A stretch of 63,327 nt of DNA, counting the filler, from Octopus bimaculoides (Eukaryota), in assembly GCF_001194135.2 (NCBI RefSeq). It is 4 parts of 3 records of this genome, joined end to end, with 100 filler letters (N's around TTAATTAATTAA, not from the genome) between each part and the next. Parts side by side here need not be neighbours in the genome. Positions count along the whole stretch, not along the records: positions 59,895 to 63,327 come from NC_068984.1; 3 more parts are not named here. The stretch is one strand, 5' to 3'. The translations under genes were made by a program, and so were the position numbers. The notes below the pieces were generated by a model, which searched no databases, was not told the DNA's origin, and saw only the letters and a list, made by a program, of their open reading frames with translations. The stretch's first letter is position 1, and the number at the start of each line of letters is the position of its first letter. This document shows, in pieces, positions 62,340 to 63,327 of this stretch.

Positions 62340-63327
62340 TATATACATACATATATGCATATGTATAATACATATATGTTTGTAAACATAAAGACATATG
62401 TGCATGCATGTTCTGTACTTGTGTCTGTAAATGTGTACGTTGATGAGAGGCCGTAGAGTTGTAGAGTGTATATTCTATTTAAATGTGTGTGCACTATTTT
62501 AGCTGCTGCCTTATTGAGCTATTAAATTGAAAGTGTTTCCACCTCGTGAAATTTGACCATAGTGTTACCTGAATTGTTAGCTTTTATACCGTATTTCTGA
62601 CACCAAAACTCTATTCTGTGTGATTTCCCAAACTCTATTCTGTGTACTGACATTTAATGCTTTTCCCTCAGTTATCATTAATTCTTGAAAAACTGATATT
62701 CTCGAATCTTTACGAAGAATTTTCACAAAGTATATCATACATTTCAAACTTAGTTATTGTTGACCTTGTTCATTCAGCTCTAGAACAGACCTATGATTAC
62801 AGACGTCCTAACAGTGACCATAAAGTCTTTTTGTGATATTAGTTTAACTTAGGCTAGAATATCCTTTTCTTCTGAAAGCACTAGAGTTAGTTGAGAGTTA
62901 GCTGCTTATTTGAGGGGGTCAATTCACTATGTAGAGGCGTTCCCATTTTCTCATCATCTCTAACTGTACGCACATAGGTTATAAAAGAAGATTTTGTTTT
63001 ACTTTTGGCTCTACAAATAAACATTCCTAAAGATTTCAGATTCGGGTAAAAAAAAAAACTTTACTAGGTAGCCTATGTGTCAGTAAAACATGGCATGTGT
63101 CAGTTCTGCTGTTTTGTAAATGCATCAAACATGGACATTTTTATAGTCAGTTATAAATTCCACATACCTTTACTATTTATTTGTTAAAACCAACACAAAG
63201 CCAATCAAATGCGTTAGTGATTATTTACTCATACTTTTTTCAGCAGTACGAAGCTTTCATTTGTTTCATACAGCTACACAGAATTCTCAATAAACTTCAT
63301 GCACTATATATATATATATATATATAT

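Overview
AT-rich, microsatellite- and transposon-laden eukaryotic genomic DNA. The repeat families (RTE LINE tails ending in (GAT)n, Nin-type and other tRNA-derived SINEs, many mariners) suggest a cephalopod, probably Octopus; this is inferred, not proven. One protein-coding gene is well supported: 14 consecutive in-phase GT-AG exons (886-18914, + strand, 1532 nt, about 510 aa) of the IFT-A subunit TTC21B/IFT139, matching roughly residues 51-558 of the human protein as I recall it. I found no further TTC21B exon in the remaining 44 kb, which contains three artificial 100-bp scaffold joins (N44-TTAATTAATTAA-N44). The rest is intronic or intergenic: RTE LINE fragments, four Tc1/mariner elements, a MITE, SINEs, a probable solo LTR nested in a LINE, and several fold-back palindromes. 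The most interesting signals are minimal type I hammerhead ribozyme folds in Penelope-like terminal repeats. One has a canonical core and sits downstream of a tRNA-like Pol III head (a SINE-like, hammerhead-carrying composite). Two identical inverted copies of another carry a variant core. A CpG-rich block at about 38.5-43.8 kb with exon-like signals may mark an unannotated promoter or transcript. Nearly all long ORFs in the supplied track are microsatellite or N-gap artefacts.
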